Below are positions 1-10,700 of a DNA stretch of 26,270 bases, in pieces; the first letter of the stretch is position 1, and every line of letters begins with the position of its first letter. The notes beneath the pieces were generated by a model that did not search any database, was not told the DNA's origin, and worked only from the letters and a program-made list of their open reading frames with translations. Both the position numbers and the translations under genes were made by a program. The DNA is from a virus (Duplodnaviria; Caudoviricetes): the IMG/VR virus record IMGVR_UViG_3300020440_001329, positions 1-26,270 of that record. One strand, given 5' to 3'.

Positions 1-2
1 AA

Positions 3-326
3 TTTGCGAGCTGCAGTTGTAGTGCAACACCATTACAACGCAGGAAATCAAATGCACCTTCGCGCAAAAAGTCTAAGGGCTATTATGCGAAAGTAAAGTC
101 TGGAAGCGGAACTGGCTCCAAAGCCGGTGGTGGAATGACTGCTAAAGGTGTAAGAAAATATCGTAAAGATAATCCGGGGTCAAAGCTTAAAACGGCCGTG
201 ACAACTCCTCCTTCAAAACTTAAAAGAGGTAGTAAAGCCTGGAAGCGTAGAAAATCATTTTGTGCCAGATCTAGAAGCTGGAAGTCAGAGCGTGGTAAAG
301 CAGCACGCCGTAAATGGAACTGCTAA
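3..326 (+). CDS. Small, highly basic phage protein (DUF6321-like), 5'-truncated by the window edge
   Basis: The frame of the listed 135..326 ORF is open back to position 3 (FASCSCSATPLQRRKSNAPSRKKSKGYYAKVKSGSGTGSKAGGG-MTAKG...). GGMTAKGV..YR..NPGSKLKTAVT...RRKSFCAR...ARRKWNC resembles a recurrent small phage protein family (from recall). Confidence 0.7.
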   Translation, partial: FASCSCSATPLQRRKSNAPSRKKSKGYYAKVKSGSGTGSKAGGGMTAKGVRKYRKDNPGSKLKTAVTTPPSKLKRGSKAWKRRKSFCARSRSWKSERGKAARRKWNC

Positions 327-360
327 TATAAATTATATAAATTAAATCAAATTAAATTAA
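327..360 (+). promoter_or_regulatory. AT-rich translation-initiation leader without Shine-Dalgarno (Bacteroidota style)
   Basis: tataaattatataaattaaatcaaattaaattaa directly precedes the groEL ATG. Similar attaaatt leaders precede the ATGs at 18356 and 21104. Confidence 0.5.
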
Positions 361-1959
361 ATGGCAATACAATTCGGTTCGCCTAAAATAGTTAAAGAAC
401 TAAGCTTTAAAGATGAAGCTAAGAAAAAACTTATTAAAGGCATTGATAAATTAGCGGAGGCTGTAGGCAGCACGCTAGGAGCTTCCGGGAGGACGGTGGT
501 ACTTGAAGATGATTTCGGTAATCCGCATGTTACAAAAGATGGGGTTACTGTTGCAAATTATGTTAACTTAGAAGACCCTGTTGAAAACTTAGGTGTTACT
601 ATGTTAAAGCAGGCGTCTCGTCAAACAGCATCTAAAGCAGGAGATGGTACTACAACCTCAACAGTGCTTGCACAAGCCATTATTCATAATTACTTTAAAC
701 AAAACGGTGAAGACTATTCATTTCGTGATGTTAAGAGTGGCATTATGGCTTTTGCGAAACATACATTAAAACAATTAGAAAAAAGAAGTGTTTCCGTTGA
801 TGATAAAAGATTAAACCAAGTCTCAAGAATATCAGCCAATAATGACACTGAGCTTGGTGACTTTATAGCAGAAGCATTTAAATCAGCGGGAGATAACGGA
901 GTAGTTACCATGGAGACATCTCCAACAAACGAAACGTATATAGATGTAGTAGATGGAACACATATTAATGCTACATCAAAAAGTATACACTTCTATACTA
1001 ATAGAGAAAAGGAAATAGGGGAGTTAGAAAAACCCCTTATATTCTTGTGTGCTTCTGAAGTTACTAATATCAGAAGAATACAAATAATATTAGAGCATGC
1101 GATTAAGTCCAATAGATCGTTACTGCTCATTGCCCCTTGCGAACAGCAGGTAGTGTCAGCTTTAGCAATGAATCACGTAAAGGGCAATATTAAGTGTAAT
1201 ATCATAGATCCTCCGTCGTTTGGGCTGAAACGTAAGGACATATTAGATGATATTGCCCTTCTAACGGGTGCTACTGTTATTGATGAAAGTCTAGGCGACT
1301 CTCTAGATAATATCACCCCAGAAGTGTTAGGACAGGCCGATAAGGCTATCATAGATAATGATGGTACTACTCTTGCTATTAAAGAGGTATCAAAAGAAGT
1401 TACAGAACGCGTTGATTATTTAAAGGCGCAGTTAGATGAAGAAGATCACCATGTGATGCGACCACATATTGAAAACCGCCTGGCTATATTATCAGGAGGC
1501 GTTTCTATAGTATATGTTGGTGGCGATACAGATGTTGAGGTTTCAGAGAAAAAAGATCGCGTCGACGATGCTATACACGCCGTGCGTGCTGCAAAAAAAG
1601 AAGGTATACTACCAGGAGGTGGTTCAGCTTTAGCTTTTGTTGCTGGTGCGGATTGGGAAATGAAACTAAAACCAGGTGAGCTTGCAGGTGTTAATATATT
1701 GAAAAGTTCTTTATATGCACCTTTTTTACTTATATTAAGTAATGCAGGATTAGATATATCAAGCTACCCTAAACTAGATGGATGGGGCAAAGGTATTGAT
1801 GTTACAGATGGTAAAATTAAAGACATGCGTAAAGCTGGAATTATAGATCCATTATTAGTAACTAAGTCTGCTCTTCAAAACGCTATATCTGTAGCCACTA
1901 CGATTCTTTCAACTGATTGTGTAATTTCAAATGTACGAGAAGGTGAAGGCAATAGGTAG
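361..1959 (+). CDS. groEL: Phage-encoded group I chaperonin GroEL (Cpn60), 532 aa
   Basis: VTKDGVTVA, AGDGTTTSTVLAQA ATP-binding motif, ISANND, PSFG..RKDILDDIALLTG, EKKDRVDDA, GILPGGG, GIIDP. No C-terminal GGM tail. Confidence 0.97.
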   Translation: MAIQFGSPKIVKELSFKDEAKKKLIKGIDKLAEAVGSTLGASGRTVVLEDDFGNPHVTKDGVTVANYVNLEDPVENLGVTMLKQASRQTASKAGDGTTTSTVLAQAIIHNYFKQNGEDYSFRDVKSGIMAFAKHTLKQLEKRSVSVDDKRLNQVSRISANNDTELGDFIAEAFKSAGDNGVVTMETSPTNETYIDVVDGTHINATSKSIHFYTNREKEIGELEKPLIFLCASEVTNIRRIQIILEHAIKSNRSLLLIAPCEQQVVSALAMNHVKGNIKCNIIDPPSFGLKRKDILDDIALLTGATVIDESLGDSLDNITPEVLGQADKAIIDNDGTTLAIKEVSKEVTERVDYLKAQLDEEDHHVMRPHIENRLAILSGGVSIVYVGGDTDVEVSEKKDRVDDAIHAVRAAKKEGILPGGGSALAFVAGADWEMKLKPGELAGVNILKSSLYAPFLLILSNAGLDISSYPKLDGWGKGIDVTDGKIKDMRKAGIIDPLLVTKSALQNAISVATTILSTDCVISNVREGEGNR

Positions 1960-2203
1960 ATACATTATTATCTCTGAAATAAAAGAAGATATAAAGAAAA
2001 CAGATGGTGGACTGCTACTTGCAGAAAGTCATCGCGAAGATATAAGATACCGCACTGCAGATGTTATTTCTGTGGGCACAGCGGTAGAAGGTGTAAATAT
2101 AAATGACAAAATATATTATGACAGGCATGCTGGGCATAATATAGAAATTGGTAAAGATATTTATAAAGTTATACAGGAGCAAGATGTTATAATAGTATTG
2201 TAA
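1931..2203 (+). CDS. groES: Co-chaperonin GroES (Cpn10); true start may be GTG at 1943 (MKAIGRYIII)
   Basis: KTDGGLLL mobile loop, VISVG...V..ND.IYY, YKVIQEQDVIIV. Overlaps the 3' end of groEL. Confidence 0.9.
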   Translation: MYEKVKAIGRYIIISEIKEDIKKTDGGLLLAESHREDIRYRTADVISVGTAVEGVNINDKIYYDRHAGHNIEIGKDIYKVIQEQDVIIVL

Positions 2204-2649
2204 TGGACAGAAGCGATTTTTTAGAGCGAGGCGAGCTAAAAGTTGACTTTCTTAAATACTACAGGCTTGTGTCTCGCTGGGCTTGTAAAGAAAACAATAT
2301 ATCAATATCAGATTTAGAATTGTTATTTTATTTAGATCCTATTAAATACTTTACTATAAAAGATTTTCAAAATGGCACGATGTATTACCATTGGGACAGG
2401 CAGCGTTTTTATAGGTTGCAAAGAGAAGAATGGGTTGAAAAAATACATAAAGGTAATGGTCGCTTAGGCGATCATAATAAGTACAAAGTGTCTTTTAAAG
2501 GCAAAAGACTTATTAATAGAATTTACAAAATATTAATAGGCGAGGAAGATATGCCTTTGTCTGCTAAGCGCGGTTTTGGAAAACGTAAAAGTTATGTAGA
2601 TAAAGTATACTCTAACGCAATAGATAAATTTAACAAAGATAAATTATAA
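2203..2649 (+). CDS. Hypothetical protein, possible MarR-like winged-helix DNA-binding protein
   Basis: ISISDLELLFYL helix, FYRLQREEWVEK, YKVSFKGKRLINRIY (wing then helix). TAATG coupling to groES. Confidence 0.5.
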   Translation: MDRSDFLERGELKVDFLKYYRLVSRWACKENNISISDLELLFYLDPIKYFTIKDFQNGTMYYHWDRQRFYRLQREEWVEKIHKGNGRLGDHNKYKVSFKGKRLINRIYKILIGEEDMPLSAKRGFGKRKSYVDKVYSNAIDKFNKDKL

Positions 2650-5600
2650 ATGGCTAGAATATCAACGTACGGTCAGGACAGCACTTTAAACAAGCTAGAT
2701 AAGGTATTAGGTACTGACAGTGCTACTGGCGCTACTAAGAATTACACTATCGATTCTATGATAGGCCTTGTTAATAGCGAAGACCTAGTCAACGTTTTTG
2801 ATGGTGTGTCGTATTCATTTAAAAGCTATGAAGCCGGATCAACAAACCCAAGAGGTATTATAAACCTCAACGCAGGTGCTGCGGCTAATTCGCCGTTTAG
2901 CGGTATAAGCCAAATATATATATCTGTATTAGATAAACACGGTAATTCTATAGCAAACTATTTAGATGACACATTAAATAGTTTTATTAGAATAGTACAA
3001 AAAACTAATATTGATACATACGGTGTTTTAGAAGTAACAGCTGTAGCTGATCATGATGGTGGAGCTTACAAACTTTTGACTGTAACTCCCCGTGTTAATA
3101 ATGGCGATATAATAGTAAATGAAGAATATTTTGTTTCAAACTATTCTGCAGTATTTGATCAAGATTTTTCAGATGATTCTGTAACAGAATTTAGCGACGT
3201 AACAGATGCTGGTTCTGGTGCTATTATAACATCAGCTGAAAGAACAAGTTTAAATAATTTTACAGCAAACGGATTAGTACACAATGACGTAGTAGACAAT
3301 GTAACTACGACAGATACTACATTGCCTTTATCCGCTAATCAAGGTAAAATATTAAAGGGTTTAATTGATAGCATTAACACTCTTCTCACAAGTGATAATG
3401 TTGATTTAGACAGCTTGCAAGAGGTTGTAGATTATATAGAGGCTAATAGATCTACATTAGATAGTTTAGGTATTAGTAATATATCTGGATTGCAAGCAGC
3501 TTTAGATGCTAAGCAAAATACAGAGGTTGGTAAAGGTTTATCAACTGAAGACTTTACAAGTGCTTTGCTAACTAAATTAAACGGCATTGCTGCACAAGCT
3601 GAAGTTAACGTACAATCTAATTGGAATGAAGCTAATACTGGAAGTGATGCGTTCATTCAAAATAAGCCGTCGGATTTAACTAATTTAACCATACACGGTG
3701 TAACCGAACTAAACGATGTAACTTCGGCAGGTTCGGGCGACATTATAACTTCGCCTGAAAGAACTAAGTTAACTGGTATTGCGGCGGGTGCTGAAGTAAA
3801 TGTGCAGTCTAATTGGAATGAAACAGATTCTAATAGCGATGCTTTTATACAGAATAAACCAACACTAGCTCCATCTGGCGCTGAAGCAAACGTACAATCT
3901 GATTTTAATGAAACAGATACAGGCAGTGACGCCTTCATTTTAAACAAACCAGATTTAACACTAAAAGCTGATAAAGCTACGACTATAGAGGTTGCTGGAA
4001 CTGCTAATGAAGTGGAAGTGAGTCCCAGTGGTGCTCAAGATTTATCTGCTAGTAGAACTTTTACTGTTGGGCTACCAAATAATGTTACTGTTACTAACGA
4101 TCTAACAGTAGGAGACACTATAGAGCTTACTAATGCTCAAGGGTCGACGCCCACTTTTGATAATGGTTTTTATCATATATTAGAAGATACAGCAGATACT
4201 TTACACTTTAGATATGGTGGTAAAGACGTTAGTATTGATTACTTTACTGAAATACTACCAACAGGTATATTAAACGGTGGTGAACTTACTAAAGCTAACA
4301 ATACACAATTTACAATTGCAGCAGGTGATGGAATCATTAATGATCTTAACAAAACAGCTGGATCTGATCCGCACCCTGAAATTAAAAAAATAAACTGGAG
4401 TCAGCAAACAATTACAGTATTTAATTTAGATTCCAATGAAACGAGCCAGCTTAATGCATGGATATATGTTGACGTAAACGGAGTTGTTCAACAACAGGCA
4501 ACTGCTTTTACAGACGCGCAAAAAAGATCTAATATAGTAATTGGATCTGCAATACATACAGAAGGTGTTTTAAAGTTCGTAAGAACATTTCCTGTAACTG
4601 CGTATAATAGCAATTCTCAACTAACAGAGTTTGCTAATATATTTGGTCCACTTAAAAAATCAGGACACAAAGTATCAGCTAATGGTGCAAATCTTTCTAT
4701 AGATAGAGCAGCAGGCGTTGCTTTTGCGCTAGGCAGAAATTATGTTGCGGATCCTGAAAACCCATCTACAGTATCGGATAGCGCTCAAGCGCAGTCAACG
4801 ATTCATAGATATTACAGAGACGGCAACAATGGTTTTGTTTTAGACGACGGGGTTGCAGGTGCTGGGTATACAACTTTGGATCCTGCTAAATATGACGATG
4901 GCACAGGTACACTGGCAACTGTGTCTGGTGGTCATTATAGCGTGCAAAGGCTATATTATTTCCCAGGAACACCATCTATTATAATTTCATATTATGGTCA
5001 CGACGAGTACAACTCTTTAGACGCAGCTGAAAAAAATTATATCTTTGAAGATTTCATTGAAAATGAAAACACTGCCCAGCAAGCTATATATTTAGGAGCT
5101 GTAATAATGTCTGGAGGAGCAACCGCCCTTAATAACTCAGCACAAGCTAAATTCTTAACAGCGGGTTCTTTTAGAGGTTTAGCCTCTGTAAACTTAGGTG
5201 GAGTCGCAGCTTCCGCTACACTGGGCGATTTAGGGGATGTAACCATATCGGCTGTAGCTAATAACCAATTATTAAAGTATAATAGTTCAAGTACAAATTG
5301 GGAAAATGCCACTGTTGATTCTGATGACATTGTAGAGGGTTCTACTAATTTGTATTACCCTTCGGCTGATGCTACTAAAGTTGGGCATATTTCAGTAACT
5401 CAAGCTGTAGATCTAGATACAATAGAAAGCGATACAGCAACAAATAATGCTAAAGTTACTTTTCCTGGTTTTGGAACAACGTCAGGAACTTCTTTAGAAG
5501 GTAATACACAATTTGTAGACGGTACAGGAACAACTGGAATATTGCCTAAATTTAGCGGTTCAGATACTCTTACAGACTCAGTAATACATGAGGTATTTGG

Positions 5601-6879
5601 TAATATAGGAATTAATACTGGCTTTCCAAACGTTTCTTTTGAAATAAATGCTAGTGACGCAATAAAAATACCTTCGGGTAATCAATCATCTAGGCCAGGT
5701 ATACCAGCAAACGGTATGCTAAGGTATAGTACCACTGATAATCAGTTTGAAGGTTATGCAAATGGGGCTTGGGGTGCTATAGCAGGTTCTGGAGGTGGAA
5801 GTGGCGAAATAGTCAAACAAACATTTAGCGGCACTGGCTCACAGGCTACATTTACTTTATCTAATACAATTGCAGACATTGACAATATATCTGTATATGT
5901 AAGTGGTGTTTATCAATACCCATCAAATTATACAGTAAGCGGCGCGAATGTTACTTTTGCAGCGGGCTCAATTCCTGCATCAGGTACGGATAATGTTCAT
6001 GTTGTGCACACAACTACTGTATCAAGTATAACAGAAGTGGGTTCTGTGTTTGTAGACCAGTTTACTGGAAACGGAACAGATACGCAGTTTTCACCTTTAG
6101 GTGCAGCGCCTTCTAGTGAGAACCATACAGACGTATATATAGACGGTGTATACCAACAAAAAAATGCTTATAGTATATCCGGTTCACAAATAACATTTAG
6201 TTCAGCGCCAGATAGTGGTGCTTATATAGAAGTTAAAACAACGGGTACTATTGCGCCTGCTGCTGTTAATGCTGTTACTACAACTTTAGTTTCAGATTCA
6301 TTTACGGCTACCGCAGGGCAAACCAGTTTTACACTTACAAACGGAACGCCTAGTGCAAAAGAACTTACAATGGTATTTGTACAGGGCGTATATCAAGCTA
6401 AAGCAAATTATAGTTTACTTACTAGCCCTACTAGAATAGTACTCACAGAGGGTGCTGAAGTCGGTGAAGAGGTTGAAGTCTTATCTGTAAGCGGCGCTAA
6501 TTTAACAACAAGCCCTGTAACAAGTGTAGACGGAAACACGGGTGCTGTAACCTCTGCTGTAACAAGTGTAAATGGTCAAACAGGTGCAGTTACTGTTGCT
6601 TCCACAATGGGAGTTAATGTAATAAACTCAAGCACTACCGCTACAGCAAACAACCTTTATGTATTTACAGCGAATCTTACACTGACCTTACCAGCTAGCC
6701 CGAGTGCGGGTGACTCTATAAAGATTTCAAATAGATCTGGAGTTACAACCTGTGTACTTGCAAGAAATGGTAGTAATATAATGGGTAGCGCATCTGATTT
6801 AACATTAGATACAGCATCTGCCAGTTTTGAATTAATATACTCCGACGCAACAAACGGCTGGGTAATAATAGGACAATAA
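2650..6879 (+). CDS. Large mosaic tail-fibre/virion structural protein, 1409 aa
   Basis: S/T/G/N-rich. Tail-fibre motifs LSANQGKIL, LDSLQEVV, GKGLSTEDFT, NVQSNWNE repeats, IPSG..RP...GMLRY...FEGY..GAW, VTSVNGQTGAVT. C-terminal TLTLPASPSAGD...ELIYSDATNGW domain (T4 gp9/gp10-like). Confidence 0.85.
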   Translation: MARISTYGQDSTLNKLDKVLGTDSATGATKNYTIDSMIGLVNSEDLVNVFDGVSYSFKSYEAGSTNPRGIINLNAGAAANSPFSGISQIYISVLDKHGNSIANYLDDTLNSFIRIVQKTNIDTYGVLEVTAVADHDGGAYKLLTVTPRVNNGDIIVNEEYFVSNYSAVFDQDFSDDSVTEFSDVTDAGSGAIITSAERTSLNNFTANGLVHNDVVDNVTTTDTTLPLSANQGKILKGLIDSINTLLTSDNVDLDSLQEVVDYIEANRSTLDSLGISNISGLQAALDAKQNTEVGKGLSTEDFTSALLTKLNGIAAQAEVNVQSNWNEANTGSDAFIQNKPSDLTNLTIHGVTELNDVTSAGSGDIITSPERTKLTGIAAGAEVNVQSNWNETDSNSDAFIQNKPTLAPSGAEANVQSDFNETDTGSDAFILNKPDLTLKADKATTIEVAGTANEVEVSPSGAQDLSASRTFTVGLPNNVTVTNDLTVGDTIELTNAQGSTPTFDNGFYHILEDTADTLHFRYGGKDVSIDYFTEILPTGILNGGELTKANNTQFTIAAGDGIINDLNKTAGSDPHPEIKKINWSQQTITVFNLDSNETSQLNAWIYVDVNGVVQQQATAFTDAQKRSNIVIGSAIHTEGVLKFVRTFPVTAYNSNSQLTEFANIFGPLKKSGHKVSANGANLSIDRAAGVAFALGRNYVADPENPSTVSDSAQAQSTIHRYYRDGNNGFVLDDGVAGAGYTTLDPAKYDDGTGTLATVSGGHYSVQRLYYFPGTPSIIISYYGHDEYNSLDAAEKNYIFEDFIENENTAQQAIYLGAVIMSGGATALNNSAQAKFLTAGSFRGLASVNLGGVAASATLGDLGDVTISAVANNQLLKYNSSSTNWENATVDSDDIVEGSTNLYYPSADATKVGHISVTQAVDLDTIESDTATNNAKVTFPGFGTTSGTSLEGNTQFVDGTGTTGILPKFSGSDTLTDSVIHEVFGNIGINTGFPNVSFEINASDAIKIPSGNQSSRPGIPANGMLRYSTTDNQFEGYANGAWGAIAGSGGGSGEIVKQTFSGTGSQATFTLSNTIADIDNISVYVSGVYQYPSNYTVSGANVTFAAGSIPASGTDNVHVVHTTTVSSITEVGSVFVDQFTGNGTDTQFSPLGAAPSSENHTDVYIDGVYQQKNAYSISGSQITFSSAPDSGAYIEVKTTGTIAPAAVNAVTTTLVSDSFTATAGQTSFTLTNGTPSAKELTMVFVQGVYQAKANYSLLTSPTRIVLTEGAEVGEEVEVLSVSGANLTTSPVTSVDGNTGAVTSAVTSVNGQTGAVTVASTMGVNVINSSTTATANNLYVFTANLTLTLPASPSAGDSIKISNRSGVTTCVLARNGSNIMGSASDLTLDTASASFELIYSDATNGWVIIGQ
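3598..3951 (+). repeat. Three degenerate 24-codon intragenic repeats (AE.NVQS.WNE....SDAFI.NKP)
   Basis: Copies at about 3598-3669, 3790-3861 and 3880-3951, with shared DNA such as aacgtacaatct, tctaattggaatgaa and aatgaaacagat. Confidence 0.85.
5806..6495 (+). repeat. Three tandem ~75-aa beta-domain repeats (F.G.G..T.F...V...GVYQ...Y)
   Basis: VYVSGVYQYPSNY / VYIDGVYQQKNAY / VFVQGVYQAKANY motifs in the 1409-aa protein. Confidence 0.75.
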
Positions 6880-6880
6880 T

Positions 6881-7444
6881 ATGGGTAATTTATCAACACA
6901 TTTTCCAGCACCTACATCTAGTAATGTTTTAGAGCAGATTGCTTATTATGCAGATGGCAAAACAGTTACTGCAGATGCAGGGAACTTTACGGCCCCTAAT
7001 ATAACAGCTATCACAGGGGTAACCAGTAATTCTTTTATAGATAGCCCCGGCACTAATATAGATTATACCCCACCCACAGGCACTACTAAAGTTATTTACG
7101 AGGCTGAGATCATGGCTAGATATTATAATGATACTCACATGAGCCCTTCTTGGTATGTAGAGTTAGATGGAACACAAATAAATCAGACTAGAAGAACGGA
7201 GCTGCAGCAGAACACATATGAAATGGTTCTACATTCGGTAGCCGTTATAGATATAGATGGAGGCTATAGTGATGATATTGCTAATTCAAAACTCTCTTCT
7301 TGGAATAGTGCTAAAACTATTAAAATCAAAATATGTTGTTATAGTACTAGTTACCAGTTTTACGTAAATGGCGTTTATCATTATGCGGGATCTGCTGCTA
7401 ATTATATTACCCCACCTATGATTAAAGTAACGGCAATTAAATAA
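6881..7444 (+). CDS. Putative tail-fibre-associated structural protein, 187 aa
   Basis: Follows the tail-fibre gene with a 1-nt gap; beta-rich; MGNLSTHFP start and IDYTPPTGTTKVIYE motif. Confidence 0.55.
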   Translation: MGNLSTHFPAPTSSNVLEQIAYYADGKTVTADAGNFTAPNITAITGVTSNSFIDSPGTNIDYTPPTGTTKVIYEAEIMARYYNDTHMSPSWYVELDGTQINQTRRTELQQNTYEMVLHSVAVIDIDGGYSDDIANSKLSSWNSAKTIKIKICCYSTSYQFYVNGVYHYAGSAANYITPPMIKVTAIK

Positions 7445-7449
7445 AAATT

Positions 7450-7749
7450 ATGATTTCATATACATATCAAGTATTATCATTAAAAAAACATAATGATAAT
7501 TTTTTAAACAATATAAAAAGTTTTAAAATACGTGTTACCGGCACAGAAGGCGGAGAATCACACTATGTAGATGAAGAACTATTATTAGATATGCCTTCTG
7601 AAGATTCTTTCATAGAATACCAGGATTTAACTGAACAAAATTTAATTGATTGGTATACTGATGGTATCAGAGAAGAAATGGCTAAATACGAAATACAAAA
7701 CAAATTTAATTTAAACGTAGGTACTGAAACAACTAACTTTCCCTGGTAA
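7450..7749 (+). CDS. Small acidic tail-fibre accessory/chaperone-like protein, 99 aa
   Basis: FIEYQDLTEQNLIDW motif and terminal FPW, typical of small proteins next to tail-fibre genes (from recall). Confidence 0.55.
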   Translation: MISYTYQVLSLKKHNDNFLNNIKSFKIRVTGTEGGESHYVDEELLLDMPSEDSFIEYQDLTEQNLIDWYTDGIREEMAKYEIQNKFNLNVGTETTNFPW

Positions 7750-10700
7750 TGATAGGAACATCACAATTAATTAATGCATTTGGCGCACCGGTTTGTTTTA
7801 CAGACACGACAGACATATTTAAAGACAGAAGCGGCGTTGCTTTATATGGTTTAGATTATGATGCTTCAGATGCTGGTGGCGCTTCGGGTAAGTTTGGTGA
7901 AGCTGCAATATTTAACGGGAGTAGTAGTAAGATTGTCCTACCTGCTTTAGGGAGTGGATTTACAGGTTCAAGTGAAAGAAGTGTTTCTGCTTGGGTTAAA
8001 ATTACCTCAACACCTTCAGGGTCTATAGCCATATTCAATTCAGGAAGTGCTGCAACATTGCAATCATTTGGTTACTTTATAGGAACTTCAAGGGAAGTAA
8101 TTATAAGTTATTACAATAAAAATTGGAGTACAAGTGAAACTATTAGTTTAGATACTTGGAATCATATTGTTTTTACTTATAATGGTGGAGCAGTAGAAAC
8201 TTTATCTAATTCAAAAATATATATTAATGGCACACTTGCAACTTTAGGAAGTACAACAGGTTCTGCTACAGGAATTGCAAACACTACTGACACAAATCAC
8301 GCTATAGGTGCTTATACTCCAACCTCATCACTTTTTTTTAATGGCTCAATAGACCAAGTAAGAATATATAACACGGCACTTACACAATCTCAAGTCACTC
8401 AGTTGTATCAAGAAAATGCTTCTACCTTAAGTCAACATTTATTCGGATGTATTGCAACCTACAATCTTGATGGCAGTGCAAAGGAATCTTTAGGTACTAC
8501 AGCATATGACGGTACAGAAACAGATATAACATATAGATATGACGGAACCCCAACAAACGTAGACTTTGGCGTTGGAGGCAAATCAAACTATGGAGCGAGA
8601 TTTAATGGGAGTAGTAGTTATATACAAACTTCACTGAATTCAAGCAATATATATGCTATATCCTTTTGGGTGTATTTTGAATCGGGAGTTACTGAATACA
8701 CTCCATTTGGCACAGATGTAAGTTCAGGAGCAGGAGATATAGCTAGTGAATTGCAGACAAATGGTTCTTTTTCAATGACAATACAAAATAAAGCATATAG
8801 TACGGGCGCAGGGGGATTAGGTTCAACAGGGTGGAAACATATTGCATATAGTTCAAATCAACAATTATATATAAATGGAGTATTACATACAGGAGGAACA
8901 ACAGCAACTAATACAAATCCAAGCGCAAATCTATTGATAGGAGGGTGGAGACTACCCGTTCCATCTTGGGGTGCGTTTAATTCTAAACTTGACCAAGTAA
9001 GAATATTCAACAAAGCCATTAGTGCTGCAGAAGTTTCTAAACTTTACGGGAATGGTGCAGGCGAAATAGCTTGTGCATATACATCGACTACAGACAACAT
9101 AGCTTTACCTATTACTAATACTGCATATTATAAATTAGATAATAATAGTAAAGATTCAGCTAGATCAACTGGTAAGTTTAATGAGGGCGCAATATTTAAC
9201 GGGAGTAGTAGTAAAATAAGTACGACAATTAATAATTCAGATGTTGAATCTTTTTCTCTTTGGTTTTATTTTGAGTCAGGAACTACTGTCGGCAGATTAT
9301 TAGGCTCTAATGTTGGAAGCAGTGGGGGAAATTTAGCTGTAGAAGTTGCTACAAATGGAGCTATATCTGCTCAATTACAAAATTTAAGATATGCGGCAGG
9401 AAGTGGCGCTTTAGGTTCAACAGGATGGAAGCATATATATTACGATACAAATAGAGATCTTTATATAAATGGAACACTGCATACAGGCGGAACAGACGGT
9501 ACAGACTCTTTTGGTAATTCAACTGTTCTTATAGGCGCTTTAAGAACAAATTATGGGTTTATAAATACCACCATTGACCAAGTAAGATTTTACGATGTAA
9601 CCTTAAGCTATGCAGATGTATCAAATTTATATGCCGAAACAGCTAGCGATACTAGTACATTATCTTTTCCATCTGGTAAAACAGCAATTGCAACATATCA
9701 ATTAGATGGTAATTCTACAGATTTATCTGGAAATTATAACGGTACAGATACTAATATAACATATGCTTATGATGGTACTGAATCAAACATTGAGTACAGA
9801 TTCGGAAGGTTTGGTCAAGCAGCGGTGTTTGATGGATATAACAGCATAATTGAAGCAAGCAATGTTAGTGGGCTAAATAATGCAACTGCTGTTAGCGCGT
9901 CTTTATGGTTTAATTGGGACGACTCAGCCTCTGTAAGTAATTACGGCCATCTTATTAATATAGGAACCGGTACATTAGTTAATGGAGATTATTTTGGCCT
10001 TGCCATAGGAGATGATGGGGGAACCTTCAATAGAGTTCTATACGGTTACTTTCCAGAAGGCTCTAGTTCAACTGGGCAAACGGTAAAACCTAATGCATGG
10101 CACCATGCAGTGATTGTTCATGAAGGTACATCTGTAAAATATTATTATAATGGGAATTTAATAGCAACACATACTAAAACCTCACTTTCTTTGCCGTCTT
10201 CTGGTAATAACATCACAATAGGTGAATATGCGTACAATGGAAGTCATCATTTTAAGGGTCAAATAGACCAAGTTAGAATCTACGACGCCGCCCTTACATC
10301 TGACCAAGTAACAGAACTTTACAACGAAAAGCCTGAAGTAGATACGTCTAACTTTAAGACTGTGTTATATACAGGGAATGGTGGTACGCAATATATTTCA
10401 AATGTAGGAATGGACTTGGAAACTAATGGTGGATTGATTTGGTTTAAGAATAGAGACCAAACAGACACTCATAGATTACACGATTCAATAAGGGGTATTA
10501 CAAAGTATGTTTCAACATCGAGTACAGGCGCTCAAGTCACAATAAGTAGTGGCGGCCCACAATCTTTTGATTCAAATGGTTTTACAACTTCATCAGGTCA
10601 CGCTTATAATGCTACAAATGAAGATTACGTAGCTTGGGTATGGAAAGGCGGTGGCGATGCGGTGTTGAACGAGCAGGGTAGCGTAAACAGCCAAGTAAGT

